A stretch of 64,000 nucleotides of DNA from Vulcanimicrobiota bacterium (GTDB lineage: Bacteria; Vulcanimicrobiota; Xenobia; Xenobiales; JADMJV01): assembly GCA_019637395.1 (NCBI GenBank), contig JAHBVR010000012.1, positions 1,842 through 65,841 of the forward strand. Direction: 5' to 3'. How positions within the stretch are numbered: the first letter of the stretch is position 1; every line of letters begins with the position of its first letter. The notes beneath the pieces are model-generated. The model searched no databases. It was given only the letters and a program-made list of their open reading frames with translations, and had not been told where the DNA came from. Shown here one piece after another: positions 35,482-48,332 of this stretch. Position numbers and translations under genes: made by a program.

Positions 35482-36670
35482 AGTAGCCGCGCTTGATGGT
35501 CACGCACTGGCTGTCTTTCCGTTCCGCTTTGACTCTGGCGGGGGTGTTGCGCATCAACCGGGCCTGCTCCTCGGTGGTGCCGTCGGCCAGATGTTTACTG
35601 CTGCCGCATAAGATCTTCTCGAGTCGCCACAGGGCCACCATTTGGGTGCAAAGATAGGGGCTGTCCAGCCAGGGTTTGATAGCTTCGGCGCGCTCGGGCA
35701 GAGAGCGAACCTTGTCCATTTGAGCCACTTCCGGGGGCTTGGGATACTGAGTAGGCCTGGCCACGTAAAGTGCCGTGGGCAACATGCGCAGCAACCGCTC
35801 TTTCGAGAGATACTGGGAAAAGTCATGGCTGGTGGGCACATCCTGGTTGTCCAGCATGAGAGTGCGGTTGCCCATCAGGGTATCCCACTGCCCTTCGGCC
35901 ATGCCCGGGATGGCCGTGCCGCCGGCATAGCCGCGACTGAACTTGCGCACCAGCAGGGCCTTGTCGCGATCGCCGACGTAGCTGGAAATGGTCATCCAGT
36001 GCATGCCCACGCGCGGATTTTTGGCGGCAAAGGACATGCCGCTTTTCTTCCACACGTCATAGTCGAGATCGGAGCCCAAAAGCCCGTAAAAGTTCGTTTT
36101 CAACGGAGTGCCGGGCGCATAGGCGGCCGGGAAGTTCTTGGCGTCGTCCTGATAGGTCAACTCAGGATAGATGGCGGCGGCGCTCACTTCGCAGCCGAGA
36201 CTGTGGCCCAGCACGTCCAGCCTGGTTCCAGGGGAGCGTTGCTCTACGGCCAGCAACAATTGGCGCAAGGGTAGGCGGCCGACCGTGCGGGCACGACTGA
36301 TGGCCGTGAAATAGGCATCTTCGGTCTGCCAGGGCACCTGGTCGCCGGGAATGGCCGATTCCCACTCCACTCCCAGCACGGCCGAGCGAATGCCGCGCGC
36401 GTCGAAGATTTCTTTGATGTTGTCTGACACCCTGGCATAGTCTTCCTTGGTTTCGTCTTTGGGAATGCCGTAGCCGTGAACCATTACCACCAGATGTTCC
36501 GGCTTCTGGGCGAGAATCGGGGCCACGGATTTGTCGATCTGTTCGTTGGTCAGAGCCTCGCCTTTGCCGAGCCAGACCGGGCTGTAGCGTCCGGGGCCGG
36601 CGGTTTTGTCCTGGGCGGCGGCAGGCAGACAGGCCAGCACCAGGTAGAGAAGAGTTTTGAGGTTGCGCAT
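35435..36670 (-). CDS. Secreted alpha/beta-hydrolase (lipase/esterase-like, GHSxG)
   Basis: Signal peptide 'LLYLVLACLPAAA'; nucleophile elbow 'VLGHSLGCEV'. Confidence 0.7.
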   Translation of the reverse strand: MRNLKTLLYLVLACLPAAAQDKTAGPGRYSPVWLGKGEALTNEQIDKSVAPILAQKPEHLVVMVHGYGIPKDETKEDYARVSDNIKEIFDARGIRSAVLGVEWESAIPGDQVPWQTEDAYFTAISRARTVGRLPLRQLLLAVEQRSPGTRLDVLGHSLGCEVSAAAIYPELTYQDDAKNFPAAYAPGTPLKTNFYGLLGSDLDYDVWKKSGMSFAAKNPRVGMHWMTISSYVGDRDKALLVRKFSRGYAGGTAIPGMAEGQWDTLMGNRTLMLDNQDVPTSHDFSQYLSKERLLRMLPTALYVARPTQYPKPPEVAQMDKVRSLPERAEAIKPWLDSPYLCTQMVALWRLEKILCGSSKHLADGTTEEQARLMRNTPARVKAERKDSQCVTIKRGYWPTQQQLTRAGAPNW

Positions 36671-36791
36671 ACGGCCCTCCCTTAGTAAGTCTGTTGTGAA
36701 TTTATTCTGGTTTGGTTTGTTTTGACAGTGATCAAAGTGGAAAAAGAAACAGGACCGAAGTCCCTGATCGAACCGAAAACCCGCATGTTAG

Positions 36792-39525
<2,734 letters not shown>

Positions 39526-39526
39526 C

Positions 39527-39751
39527 TTACTCCTTGGGAGTAAAGGAGAAGCTTACCTCGCTCTGATCCAGCTCCTTGACGTTGCTTAACTGAATGACCA
39601 GCGAAGCAGAGGCATGGCAGCCCGTGAGGTAAATCTCTTCGAGCATATCTTCACCCGAAGAGACTTCGGCGTAGCCGCTCAACACGCCGATGAAACAGCG
39701 CTGATCCATCGTTACCACTCGGGTTAATTTGCCAACTTCAAACTGTGCCAT
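39527..39751 (-). CDS. Small hypothetical protein (74 aa), translationally coupled upstream of P450
   Basis: Stop 2 nt before the P450 start; lower GC than neighbours; no motif. Confidence 0.4.
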   Translation of the reverse strand: MAQFEVGKLTRVVTMDQRCFIGVLSGYAEVSSGEDMLEEIYLTGCHASASLVIQLSNVKELDQSEVSFSFTPKE

Positions 39752-39764
39752 GATGATCTCCTCT

Positions 39765-41459
39765 TTATGGTTTCAGCAACCTGACAATATAGCGAGGGGC
39801 CGGGGACCCGAAGGCCAGGATGTGATCATGCACACTCTGCCAACTCTCGTCGGGATGAGCCGCTCGATAGGCTGCGACCAGATCGTTGACTTCGCAGTTT
39901 CCTACGTAATAGGTGGAAAGCTGGGCGCTGGTCAAACAGGCGCGCCGCCACTTGGCGGTGGCTTCCCCCTCCTCTTGAAAGCCGGCCCGCATCAGCCAGC
40001 GCACCGCTTCTTCTTCGCTCAACTGGCCGGCGTGCACTTTCTGGTCCAGCAGGGCGTTCAAGATCAGACGTAAGCGCATCTTCAACTGCTGCATGTGCAC
40101 GGCCGGACCACCGTAGCCCTGGGAGACCATCAACTGCTCGGCGTAGGTAGCCCAGCCTTCCACGAAGGTCCCGCTTTGCAGGATGGCCCGCACTTTGGTG
40201 GGAGCCTGAAACTTGTTGGCGTGCATCAGTTGCAGAAAATGACCGGGCATGGCTTCATGCACGGTCAGGTCATCCAGCATGGCCTTGTTGTATTCGCGGT
40301 AAAAGCTCAGAGAACGCTCGGCACTCCAGTCCGCCGGGGTGGGAGCGATGGCGTAATAGGTGGTGCCGCCCTGCTCCAGAGGTCCGGGAGAGTCGCAATA
40401 GGCGATGGCCACGCCGCGGTTGAACTCGGGCATCTCGATGATCTGGCAGGGTTCCGGCGGCAGGCTGACCAGTTGGCGGTCGCGCACGAAAGCGGTGGCC
40501 TTCTTCAAGGATTCGCCGGCCAGCGGCACAATGGTGCGGCTGTCCGGGCGATCTTCGGCCAATTTGTTGAGCACGGCCCGGCAGACTTCCGTGTCACTGA
40601 GCCGGTGCGCCGAACGATGAGTGTAGAGAAGTCGGGCCACGCGGGCCATCTCCTGGTGCGTGCGGACCAGGTCTTTTTCGGCGTGGGCCTGCAGTTCTTC
40701 CGGGGTCAGTGACGACTCCAGGGTGAAATAGAGCTTTTTGCGCCAGCGTTCGCGGCCCAGCCGAAAGTCACCGTGAGAGCGGGGCAAAAGGTCCTTTTCC
40801 AACCAGGCGCCGTAATCGCGAAGGGCCTGCACGGCTACTCCGCGCGCCGCCTCCAGGTGAGCCCGTTTCTCGGGAGCCTGTTTGATGAACTCCTCCAGAT
40901 CGTTTTCCAGGAAGGCGATGGTGCCGGTGTTTTGAGCGATGGCCGTCTGGCAATGCAGCGGGGGCGGATTGTCCAGTTGGGCGCGGGCTTGCTGCAGGAA
41001 CACCGGCAGCCTCTCGAGCCGCAACGCCACTGCTTCCAGACGTTGTGACATGGGCGCGTAGTCCCGAGCCACGATCGCGAATAAGGCCGGACCAGGGTTG
41101 TAGACCAGCGGATTCCAGCGCCATTCTTTGAGCTCGCCGGCGGCCCACAACTGGCCTTTGAGGTAATGAATGAGCATGTCGCGGTCGACCGCGTTTTCGC
41201 GACTCAACTCAGAGGTTTGCAGCCCTTCCAGACGGGCCAGCAACTCTTTGGCGAAGGTCAAATTGCGCTCCAGGCCGGCCTGGGAAACGTCACTCCACTC
41301 GCCGTCGTAGCGATGATCCCCCAGCATGGTGGCCGTCTCGGGATTGGAGCGCAGATAGCCTTCGAGGAAGTCGCCGGCCACTTGGGCGAAGCGGTCGTCG
41401 GCCGGGGCAGCCCAGCCGAGGGAAGCGAGGGCCAGGGTGAGAATCAATTTTTTAAGCAC
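39765..41459 (-). CDS. DUF885-family secreted protein (putative HExxH-like metallopeptidase fold)
   Basis: Signal peptide 'LILTLALASLGWA'; C-terminal 'HEAMPGHFLQL' characteristic of DUF885. Confidence 0.65.
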   Translation of the reverse strand: MLKKLILTLALASLGWAAPADDRFAQVAGDFLEGYLRSNPETATMLGDHRYDGEWSDVSQAGLERNLTFAKELLARLEGLQTSELSRENAVDRDMLIHYLKGQLWAAGELKEWRWNPLVYNPGPALFAIVARDYAPMSQRLEAVALRLERLPVFLQQARAQLDNPPPLHCQTAIAQNTGTIAFLENDLEEFIKQAPEKRAHLEAARGVAVQALRDYGAWLEKDLLPRSHGDFRLGRERWRKKLYFTLESSLTPEELQAHAEKDLVRTHQEMARVARLLYTHRSAHRLSDTEVCRAVLNKLAEDRPDSRTIVPLAGESLKKATAFVRDRQLVSLPPEPCQIIEMPEFNRGVAIAYCDSPGPLEQGGTTYYAIAPTPADWSAERSLSFYREYNKAMLDDLTVHEAMPGHFLQLMHANKFQAPTKVRAILQSGTFVEGWATYAEQLMVSQGYGGPAVHMQQLKMRLRLILNALLDQKVHAGQLSEEEAVRWLMRAGFQEEGEATAKWRRACLTSAQLSTYYVGNCEVNDLVAAYRAAHPDESWQSVHDHILAFGSPAPRYIVRLLKP

Positions 41460-41796
41460 GCTTTAATTCCTTCGCCAGGCGCAGCAGGGCATAGAGCATG
41501 TCCTCGCCCTCGTCGTTGCTCAAAGCCTCCCGCAGCTCCTCGAAGATATCGGGGTGAGCCTTCAGGTTGGACTGCAGCAGATCGGTAGCCGCCAGCATCA
41601 CTTCGGTGCTCTCTTCCTCATCGAGCCAGCGCAACGCATTGTTCAGGTAGTTTTGCAGAAAGGGCAGCGGGGGCAGGCGGCGCAGCAATTCAGCCCGCAG
41701 CTCGGGCACGCCCACTTCGCCTTCATCGTCGCCTTGCTGGGGGGGAAGGGCGTCTTCCTCACCTTCCCCATCGTAATCCGGCCAGTCTTCGCTCAA
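41452..41796 (-). CDS. Acidic hypothetical protein
   Basis: D/E-rich N-terminus; 4-nt overlap with TerB-like gene and 8-nt overlap with DUF885 gene. Confidence 0.45.
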   Translation of the reverse strand: MSEDWPDYDGEGEEDALPPQQGDDEGEVGVPELRAELLRRLPPLPFLQNYLNNALRWLDEEESTEVMLAATDLLQSNLKAHPDIFEELREALSNDEGEDMLYALLRLAKELKRA

Positions 41797-42176
41797 GGGG
41801 CCAGGACGCTTTGGCGCATCTCCTCGAGTGTGTCTCCGGAGACTCCCAGTTTATGGCTCAGGTCCTTCAAAAGGTCGAGCTCTTCCAGGCTGGTCTCCCC
41901 ATCCTCGAGCGAAACAGAGAGCAGAAAGCGCAGGAAGGTCTCACGATCTTCGCCTTCCGGCAGAGCTTCTCGCAGCTCCCCTTCACTGGGCAAAGGCGGG
42001 GCTCCCTTGAGCATCTCCTGGCGTTGTTCGGTGGGAACCTGGAGCTGGTCCATCACCTTTTCAATCCACTCCAGCTCGCCCTCGGCCAGGGAGCCGTCGG
42101 CCCAGGCCAGCGCCACCAGTGTCTTCAGCAAGGTAAAGTCTTGATCGGTCATGCTCATCGGGTCTTGGCTGCTCAT
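41793..42176 (-). CDS. TerB-like (tellurite-resistance TerB / DUF533 fold) protein
   Basis: 'LLKTLVALAWADGSLAEGELEWI' matches the TerB helix motif. Confidence 0.55.
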   Translation of the reverse strand: MSSQDPMSMTDQDFTLLKTLVALAWADGSLAEGELEWIEKVMDQLQVPTEQRQEMLKGAPPLPSEGELREALPEGEDRETFLRFLLSVSLEDGETSLEELDLLKDLSHKLGVSGDTLEEMRQSVLAP

Positions 42177-42193
42177 CCGGCCCAGTTCCTCCT

Positions 42194-42970
42194 CTACCCC
42201 TGTACCCCTTCAGCAGGTTGAAAGTTGCTCATTTCCGCGGCTACGACTTCCAGGCTGGTGTAGGGTTCGTATTTGCCCTCCGGGATGTCGCGGCAGCTCA
42301 TAGGCCCGTGGTGTTCGTGTCTGGCCAGGCTGAAGTGCCAGCTTTCGCAGGTTCCGTCGGGCCAGTGAACCAGGCAGCCGCCTTCGCCGGGCTCGAGCCA
42401 GAGAGGCCAGAGGCCGCGTTCCTGGAAGAGGCGTGCTTCCATAACCTGCAGAGGCGGCTGGTAAGCGGCGTGGCCGCGCAGGAAGCGGGGCAGGCATTGC
42501 GGGCTTTCCAGGGAGAGTCGGCCGTAGACGCGCCAACTGGGGAGATGCCACAGGGTGGGAGCGAAGCGGTGGCCGCCGATGTGGCTGACTTCCCAAACCT
42601 CCTGGTGGCCGGCCGCCCGCAGAGCCTGGGCCAGACGGGGTCCCAGCGTGCCGCAGCAGACGTCCCGGCTGCCGTGGGTGCAGACCAGGAATTTTTCGCT
42701 TACGGGGGCTCCTTCCCGGTCGGTCACCCTACCCTGCCGCCATTCAAAAGAGTGGATGGCGCCCTGGTCGGAATGCCGGGCCAACAGAGTAAAGGGTATT
42801 TCCTGAGCGCGCCAATCGTCCAGCCGGGCCTGCCATTCCGGGGGCAGGGTCAGGCAATCCTGGGTCTTGGCGGTCCAGGGCCGGAGCCGGTCGACTATGA
42901 CCAGATGCTGACTGATGGTGGCGCTGCCCAGCAAGGGCTGGTCGCTGCACAGATCGAGACAGCGGGACAT
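42194..42970 (-). CDS. Sucrase/ferredoxin-like (Suc_Fer-like) thioredoxin-fold protein
   Basis: 'FLVCTHGSRDVCCG' hallmark motif. Confidence 0.7.
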   Translation of the reverse strand: MSRCLDLCSDQPLLGSATISQHLVIVDRLRPWTAKTQDCLTLPPEWQARLDDWRAQEIPFTLLARHSDQGAIHSFEWRQGRVTDREGAPVSEKFLVCTHGSRDVCCGTLGPRLAQALRAAGHQEVWEVSHIGGHRFAPTLWHLPSWRVYGRLSLESPQCLPRFLRGHAAYQPPLQVMEARLFQERGLWPLWLEPGEGGCLVHWPDGTCESWHFSLARHEHHGPMSCRDIPEGKYEPYTSLEVVAAEMSNFQPAEGVQG

Positions 42971-44592
42971 CAGGCGTTGTCGCGCTGGCGAGCCTTCACC
43001 CGCCAGGCGGTGAAGGCCACGAAGAGAACTTCCAGGACGCTGTAGACCGCTACGTACTGGACGCCGCCGGTGCCGAAGCCGTAGCTGTGCAGACCCGCGC
43101 CGAGCACGAAGTTGACCCCGTACCAGGCCATCAAAACCCCCTGGAAGGCCAGCACCGACCAGGCGGCGATGCCGAAGGCTCCGATCCAGTTGGTGAAACG
43201 GGCATGCAAAATGGCCAGGTAACCGAGCAGAGCGATCAGAGCCCAGACCTCCTTCGGATCCCAGCCCCAGAAGCGGCCCCAGGAATAGTTGGCCCAGACG
43301 CCGCCCAGCAGGGTGCCGGCGGCCAGCAAGACCACGCCCACCTGGATGGCCTTATAGAGGGCCAGGTGGAGAGCGTTTAATTCCTCCCTTTGGTCGGGAC
43401 CTTGCAGGTGCTTCCACAACACCATGTGGCCCAGGCCCATTGAGAGCAGGAAGGCCGCATAGCCCAGGGTGATGGTGAGCACGTGGATGGTCAGCCAGAA
43501 GTTGCTGCGCAGAACCGGCATCAGCGGCCGGATGGAAGGGTCGAGCACGGCCGGTAGCTGGTCCGCCAGGGCCAGGCAGATGACGGCGCCGCTGCAGGCG
43601 GCCACCAGATAGCTGCGCTGGCGGTAGAGCAGCTCGAAAATGAGGGCGAAAGTGATGGCTCCGAAGGCCACCCAGATCACCGATTCATACATGTTGGTGA
43701 CGGGCGGACGCCCGCCGATGGAACAGCGTAGATAAAAACCATAGGCGTGCAGCGCCCAGCCGCCGGCGGCTCCGGCCACACCCAGCCAGTAGAGCGAGGT
43801 GCCTCGGGTGGTCAAGAAAAGACAGACCAGGCTGAAGAGATAGAGCATCCAGGCCTTGCGGAAAGGATGGAAGTGATTGTAGTGCACTTCCTGGGCCAGA
43901 GCGGCGCCGTCCGGATAAGGGCCAACCGCCTGTAGAGCCGCCGCCAGTTCGTTGACGGCTTTATCCTGGCCGCTTTTATTGACGATGGCCGTGTGAAACT
44001 GCTCGATCGCTTTTTTGAGTTCGGCGGGGGCGTTCTCCGCGTTCTGCACTTCATAAAAATTAGCCCAGGGCGAGGCCAGGTTCTCCGGCGAGGGCACCAT
44101 CGTCCAGGAAGCGCCCTTGGAAATCAGCTCCAGATAACCCATTTTCGAGAGCAGCTCGTTCATGGCCGACAGGCGGTTGGGCACTTTGTCACCCGGCTTG
44201 AGCCGGTGCAGTTCTTCGCGAATTTTCACCACCTCGGCATTGGCATTGAGTTCGGCGGCGCTAAAGTAACGCTGGTCGGCGGGCAACCCGAGCTTCTTGT
44301 GCCAGTCTTTGTTGCGAAACTCGATGACGGGCAAATTGGCCACCTGCTCGCCGAGTGCATACCACTGCAGCATGGTGACCACGGGGTCGCGCTTCTCGAA
44401 CTCGGCCTTGCCGGTGAGGTAGCGCACCGTCTCCAGCGCAAAAGTGTCGAAAGGCTTGAGACGGCCGCCTTGCTGCACCGCCAGAAAACGGAAGCGATTG
44501 GCCCAGTCAGGCACCTCCTCGGCCCGGCCGGCCAGCGGAGCCAGCAGCAGGCAGAGTAACAAAATCCATCTAGACATCGGCAAAAACCTCAT
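42970..44592 (-). CDS. ccsA: Cytochrome c-type biogenesis protein CcsA (System II), long form
   Basis: Trp-rich heme-handling 'WANYSWGRFWGWDPKEVWALI' (WWD domain), about 10 TM helices. Confidence 0.85.
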   Translation of the reverse strand: MRFLPMSRWILLLCLLLAPLAGRAEEVPDWANRFRFLAVQQGGRLKPFDTFALETVRYLTGKAEFEKRDPVVTMLQWYALGEQVANLPVIEFRNKDWHKKLGLPADQRYFSAAELNANAEVVKIREELHRLKPGDKVPNRLSAMNELLSKMGYLELISKGASWTMVPSPENLASPWANFYEVQNAENAPAELKKAIEQFHTAIVNKSGQDKAVNELAAALQAVGPYPDGAALAQEVHYNHFHPFRKAWMLYLFSLVCLFLTTRGTSLYWLGVAGAAGGWALHAYGFYLRCSIGGRPPVTNMYESVIWVAFGAITFALIFELLYRQRSYLVAACSGAVICLALADQLPAVLDPSIRPLMPVLRSNFWLTIHVLTITLGYAAFLLSMGLGHMVLWKHLQGPDQREELNALHLALYKAIQVGVVLLAAGTLLGGVWANYSWGRFWGWDPKEVWALIALLGYLAILHARFTNWIGAFGIAAWSVLAFQGVLMAWYGVNFVLGAGLHSYGFGTGGVQYVAVYSVLEVLFVAFTAWRVKARQRDNA

Positions 44593-46295
44593 TCAGAAAC
44601 CGCCCGTTTACCCACGTTTACCTTGTAGGGACGGGTGAGGAACATAATGGCGATACCCACTACCACCATGATCGAACCCAAATATTTGAGCCCGATGCCG
44701 GGGTCTTTGGATACCGTAAAAATCGAGTAAGTGGGTTGGCCGGGCACTTCCGAATAGCTGCTCTGGAAGAACTTGTAGCCGCCTTTGACCAGCGGTTCGT
44801 TCATCTGAATCAAGTAACTCTGGCCTTCCACTTCCACTTCGCTTTTGAAAGCAGCCGGGCTGTTGGTGCCGGGGTCCATATCCATCTGAAAGTCTTTCAG
44901 GCGCACCGGAAAGGCCAGTTCGATGCTTTTATAGGCATAGCCGACGATCAGTTCGGCTCCCGAGTCGGCGTGCACAGAAATCACGTCGCCGCGCTCCAGC
45001 CAGCGGCTCTGGTTTTCTTTGGTGCCCAGCAGGCGCAGCCGGATGGCCGGGGGCGGAGCGTTCTGCTCGGCGCCTTTTTCCACTTCCACCGGAACGAATT
45101 CGCGCACTTCCACCGCTTTGGGCAGCATTTTGCTGACCTCGAACTGCAGATTCATCCAGCCGGTGGCCTGCGGCTTATTTATTTCTATTGGGGTGGCAGC
45201 TTTAGCGTCAACCTTGCCCCAAAGCTTGCCGGCGGGGTCGACGATCAGGCTGAGAGCATGATCTTTCCCGGCCGTATCGAAAGCGTAGAGCAGCTTGGCC
45301 GGCAGGGCTTCGCCCTGCGAAGCAGTTCGGGTATTCAGTTCGGGCAACCGGGCGAAGAGCAGCCAATCCTGAGAATTGCCCTTCTGGTCGGCCAGGCGGA
45401 TGTCCAGGCAGGGATTGACCGGCTCGTCGCTCTGGGAGATCAGTTCGTTCTTGACGGCCACCGCGTGGGGCAGGTAGCGGCGCAGAGTGACGGTGAAGTC
45501 ACCGACCTGCAGGGGCTTGCCGGGCGAAAGTTCGGAAACGTTGACCTGGAGGGGCTCGCCGGCCACCAGCAACTGCAACTCGCCGCGTTCGCTGGAACCG
45601 GCCTGGATCAGGCTCTTGAGATGCTCCTCGTGGTTGGCGCGTAACAACCGGATGCGGGCCGGGCCGAGTTGCACGTCGCCTTTGCCGGCCGTCAGCCACT
45701 GGTGCTGGTCCACGTGCTGATTGAAGATGCGCATCTCGACCGCGGGCACTCCCTGGGGAGCTTCCTTGTAGTAAGTGTTGCGGCGCGCGTGATGCAGATA
45801 CTCCACCACTTCGGCCGTCACGCCTTCGCGCAAAGTCACCCGCTGGGGACGGTTCTCACTGGGTGGGGTCCAGCGAAACTCGGCCTGAATCTCCTCGAGC
45901 CGCTGGCTGGGGCGGCCTACGAAGAAGACCGGGTCGTTGAGCATGATACGCCTGGACGTCTGGCCTTCCTGAATGATCATCGAGCCGTCCACGCCGGCCA
46001 CCATGGTGAAGGCGGAGGCCGCCAGCAAAACCAGAATCCCCAGGTGAGTCACCACGAAGCCGATCTGCTTTTTGCTCCAGGGGTAGCGTATAGCCGTCGA
46101 GCAGAAGATATTGACGAAAAAGATGAGCAGGAATACCGCGAAAAGCGGGCTCTTGTAGACCAGATGCTGAGCCGTCGGAGTATCATAGGCCGACTCGTAG
46201 TAGGTAGCCGAGGCCAGAATCACGACGAAAAAGACGAAGAGAATGACGGCCAGCTTGATCGAGGCCAGGAACTTGAATACTTTATTACGCTTCAC
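44589..46295 (-). CDS. ccsB: Cytochrome c biogenesis protein ResB/CcsB (System II)
   Basis: 'VFKFLASIKLAVILFVFFVVILASATYYES' ResB N-terminus; large periplasmic domain; 4-nt overlap with ccsA. Confidence 0.85.
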   Translation of the reverse strand: MKRNKVFKFLASIKLAVILFVFFVVILASATYYESAYDTPTAQHLVYKSPLFAVFLLIFFVNIFCSTAIRYPWSKKQIGFVVTHLGILVLLAASAFTMVAGVDGSMIIQEGQTSRRIMLNDPVFFVGRPSQRLEEIQAEFRWTPPSENRPQRVTLREGVTAEVVEYLHHARRNTYYKEAPQGVPAVEMRIFNQHVDQHQWLTAGKGDVQLGPARIRLLRANHEEHLKSLIQAGSSERGELQLLVAGEPLQVNVSELSPGKPLQVGDFTVTLRRYLPHAVAVKNELISQSDEPVNPCLDIRLADQKGNSQDWLLFARLPELNTRTASQGEALPAKLLYAFDTAGKDHALSLIVDPAGKLWGKVDAKAATPIEINKPQATGWMNLQFEVSKMLPKAVEVREFVPVEVEKGAEQNAPPPAIRLRLLGTKENQSRWLERGDVISVHADSGAELIVGYAYKSIELAFPVRLKDFQMDMDPGTNSPAAFKSEVEVEGQSYLIQMNEPLVKGGYKFFQSSYSEVPGQPTYSIFTVSKDPGIGLKYLGSIMVVVGIAIMFLTRPYKVNVGKRAVSE

Positions 46296-46327
46296 ATGCC
46301 ACCGTTGCCGGCGGTCAGTTGCCGGCG

Positions 46328-48301
46328 TTATTTCTTTTTGGACTTCTTCCCGGTTTTCTTGGCAGGTATGCTTGCCGGAGCAGATTTTTTCCCGGCCGGT
46401 ACCGCCAGGATGCCGTCCACTTCCTTGCCCAGGTCTTCGGCATAGCCGGGCTGGCCTTGAGCCTGGGCCAGACGCTGGACTTCTTCCAATTGTTTCCGGC
46501 TGCCTTCAACATCGCCCAGATGGGCCAGGGTCAGGGCCAGGTTGCCGCGCGCCGCCAATAATTCAGGCTCCAGGCTGAGGGCTCGCTCGAAGTGATGCAC
46601 GGCCGTTTCAAACTGGCGTAATTCGTAGTGGGCCAGGGCCAGGTTGAAGTGGCCTTCGGCATAGTCCGGCATCTGCTCCAGGGCTTGTTGCAGTTGGGCT
46701 ACCGCTTCTTCGAAGCGGCGCAGGCGGGCCAGCACGATGCCCAGGTTGTTGCGCGAGTAGACGTCGCGCGGGTCCGAGGCCAGGGCGGCCTGGAAACGCT
46801 CGGCGGCTTCCTCGAAGCGCTCCAGGGCGGTCAAGACCAGGCCCAGGTTGCTCAGAGTGTAGCCGTCGCTCGGCTCGCTGGCCAGGGCCTGCTCGAAGGC
46901 CTGCAGGGCTTTGTCGACTTCGCCGAGCTGGTAGCGGGTGAGAGCCAGGTGGTTGAGGGCGTAAACATCCTGCGGATCGGCCTGCACGGCCTGCTCGAAG
47001 CGCTCGCCGGCTTCGGCCAGACGATTCAGTTGAGACAGCGCCAGACCCCAGTGAGTCAAGGCGTAAGCATCGCGTTCATCCTGGGAAACGGCAAAAGCGA
47101 AATGCTCTATGGCGTCTTCATAGTGGCCCAGCGACGAGAGCGAGAAACCGAGGTTGTTGCGGGCCAGCACATCTCCAGGATCGACCTCGACGGCGCGCAC
47201 CAGCACGTCCACGGCCTCCTGCATATGACCCGAGCGGATCAGACACAGACCCAGGTTGTTAAGCGCGTAGCTGTCGCGATCATCGGCCACCAGGCTACGC
47301 CGAAACTCCTGCTCGGCTTCGCTGACCCGTCCCAGGCTGAGCAGGGCGCGACCCAGGTTGTTGCGGGCATACGAGTCGTGCGGAGAGAGCTCCAAAGCTC
47401 GGCTATAGTAGCTGACGGCTTCCTGCCACATACCCTGCTGGGCGTGCACGCGACCCAAATTGTGATAGGCCACCGCGTCGTCCGGGTGCTCGTCGAGCAC
47501 GGCCCGGAACTGCGCCACAGCCGAACTCTGGTCCCCTTGCTTGGCCAGGATACGGCCCAGGTTGTTGCGTGCGTACGCATCGCCCGAGTCGATCTGAAGG
47601 GCCAGTTCGAATTCACGGCGGGCTTCGTCGATCCGTTCGGTGCGCTCCATCAGCTTGCCCAGATTGTTGTGGGCATAAAGATCGGTTCGGTCCAGCTCCA
47701 GCGCGCGCCGGAAGCAGTTTTCGGCGTCTTCCAAACGATTCTGGCGGGCATAAACCTGGCCCAGATTGTTGTGAGCGTAGACGTCGTCGGCGTTGAGCTG
47801 GAGGGCTTGAAGATAATAGGATTCGGCTTGTTCCAGTTGACCCAGCCTGGAATACATCAAGCCCAGGTTATAATAAGCCTGCGAATAGTCGGGCGACAGC
47901 TCCAGGGCTTTTTCCCAACACTCGATGGCTTTGGCATACTGGGTCTGGCGCGCGTAGACCAGGCCGAGATTATTGTGCGCGTAGGGGTCACCGGGACGAT
48001 GCTCGAGGGCCTGCCGGTACTGATCGGCCGCCTGGCGGAATTTGCCCTGTCCGAGGTAGTACATCCCCAGGAAGTAGCGAGCGGCGGAGTGAGCCGGATC
48101 GAGCTCGACCACCTTGCGCCAATGTTTGGCCGCCTTTCCTTGCTCACCCTGGCGAGCCAGGGCAACACCCAGATCAAACTGCACGTCAGCCCGATCCGGA
48201 TGTTCTTTCTCCAGAATCCGTAGCTCTTCTACCGTGGCTACACTCTGGTTTTCGGCGCTGGGCGCGGCTGCTTTCGGGGATCGGGTTCGGCGCTTGGTCA
48301 T
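46328..48301 (-). CDS. Tetratricopeptide-repeat protein (about 17 TPRs)
   Basis: Consecutive 34-aa repeats of the 'A...NLG.....G....A...Y..AL.L.P' type. Confidence 0.85.
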   Translation of the reverse strand: MTKRRTRSPKAAAPSAENQSVATVEELRILEKEHPDRADVQFDLGVALARQGEQGKAAKHWRKVVELDPAHSAARYFLGMYYLGQGKFRQAADQYRQALEHRPGDPYAHNNLGLVYARQTQYAKAIECWEKALELSPDYSQAYYNLGLMYSRLGQLEQAESYYLQALQLNADDVYAHNNLGQVYARQNRLEDAENCFRRALELDRTDLYAHNNLGKLMERTERIDEARREFELALQIDSGDAYARNNLGRILAKQGDQSSAVAQFRAVLDEHPDDAVAYHNLGRVHAQQGMWQEAVSYYSRALELSPHDSYARNNLGRALLSLGRVSEAEQEFRRSLVADDRDSYALNNLGLCLIRSGHMQEAVDVLVRAVEVDPGDVLARNNLGFSLSSLGHYEDAIEHFAFAVSQDERDAYALTHWGLALSQLNRLAEAGERFEQAVQADPQDVYALNHLALTRYQLGEVDKALQAFEQALASEPSDGYTLSNLGLVLTALERFEEAAERFQAALASDPRDVYSRNNLGIVLARLRRFEEAVAQLQQALEQMPDYAEGHFNLALAHYELRQFETAVHHFERALSLEPELLAARGNLALTLAHLGDVEGSRKQLEEVQRLAQAQGQPGYAEDLGKEVDGILAVPAGKKSAPASIPAKKTGKKSKKK

Positions 48302-48332
48302 GTGCCGCCTTTCGCTTTAAAAGTTAGCGGTC

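Noticed and set aside
39527-39751. Sm/LSm-like fold for the 74-aa protein
   Set aside because: Only a vague hydrophobic-Gly pattern resemblance; not enough to call
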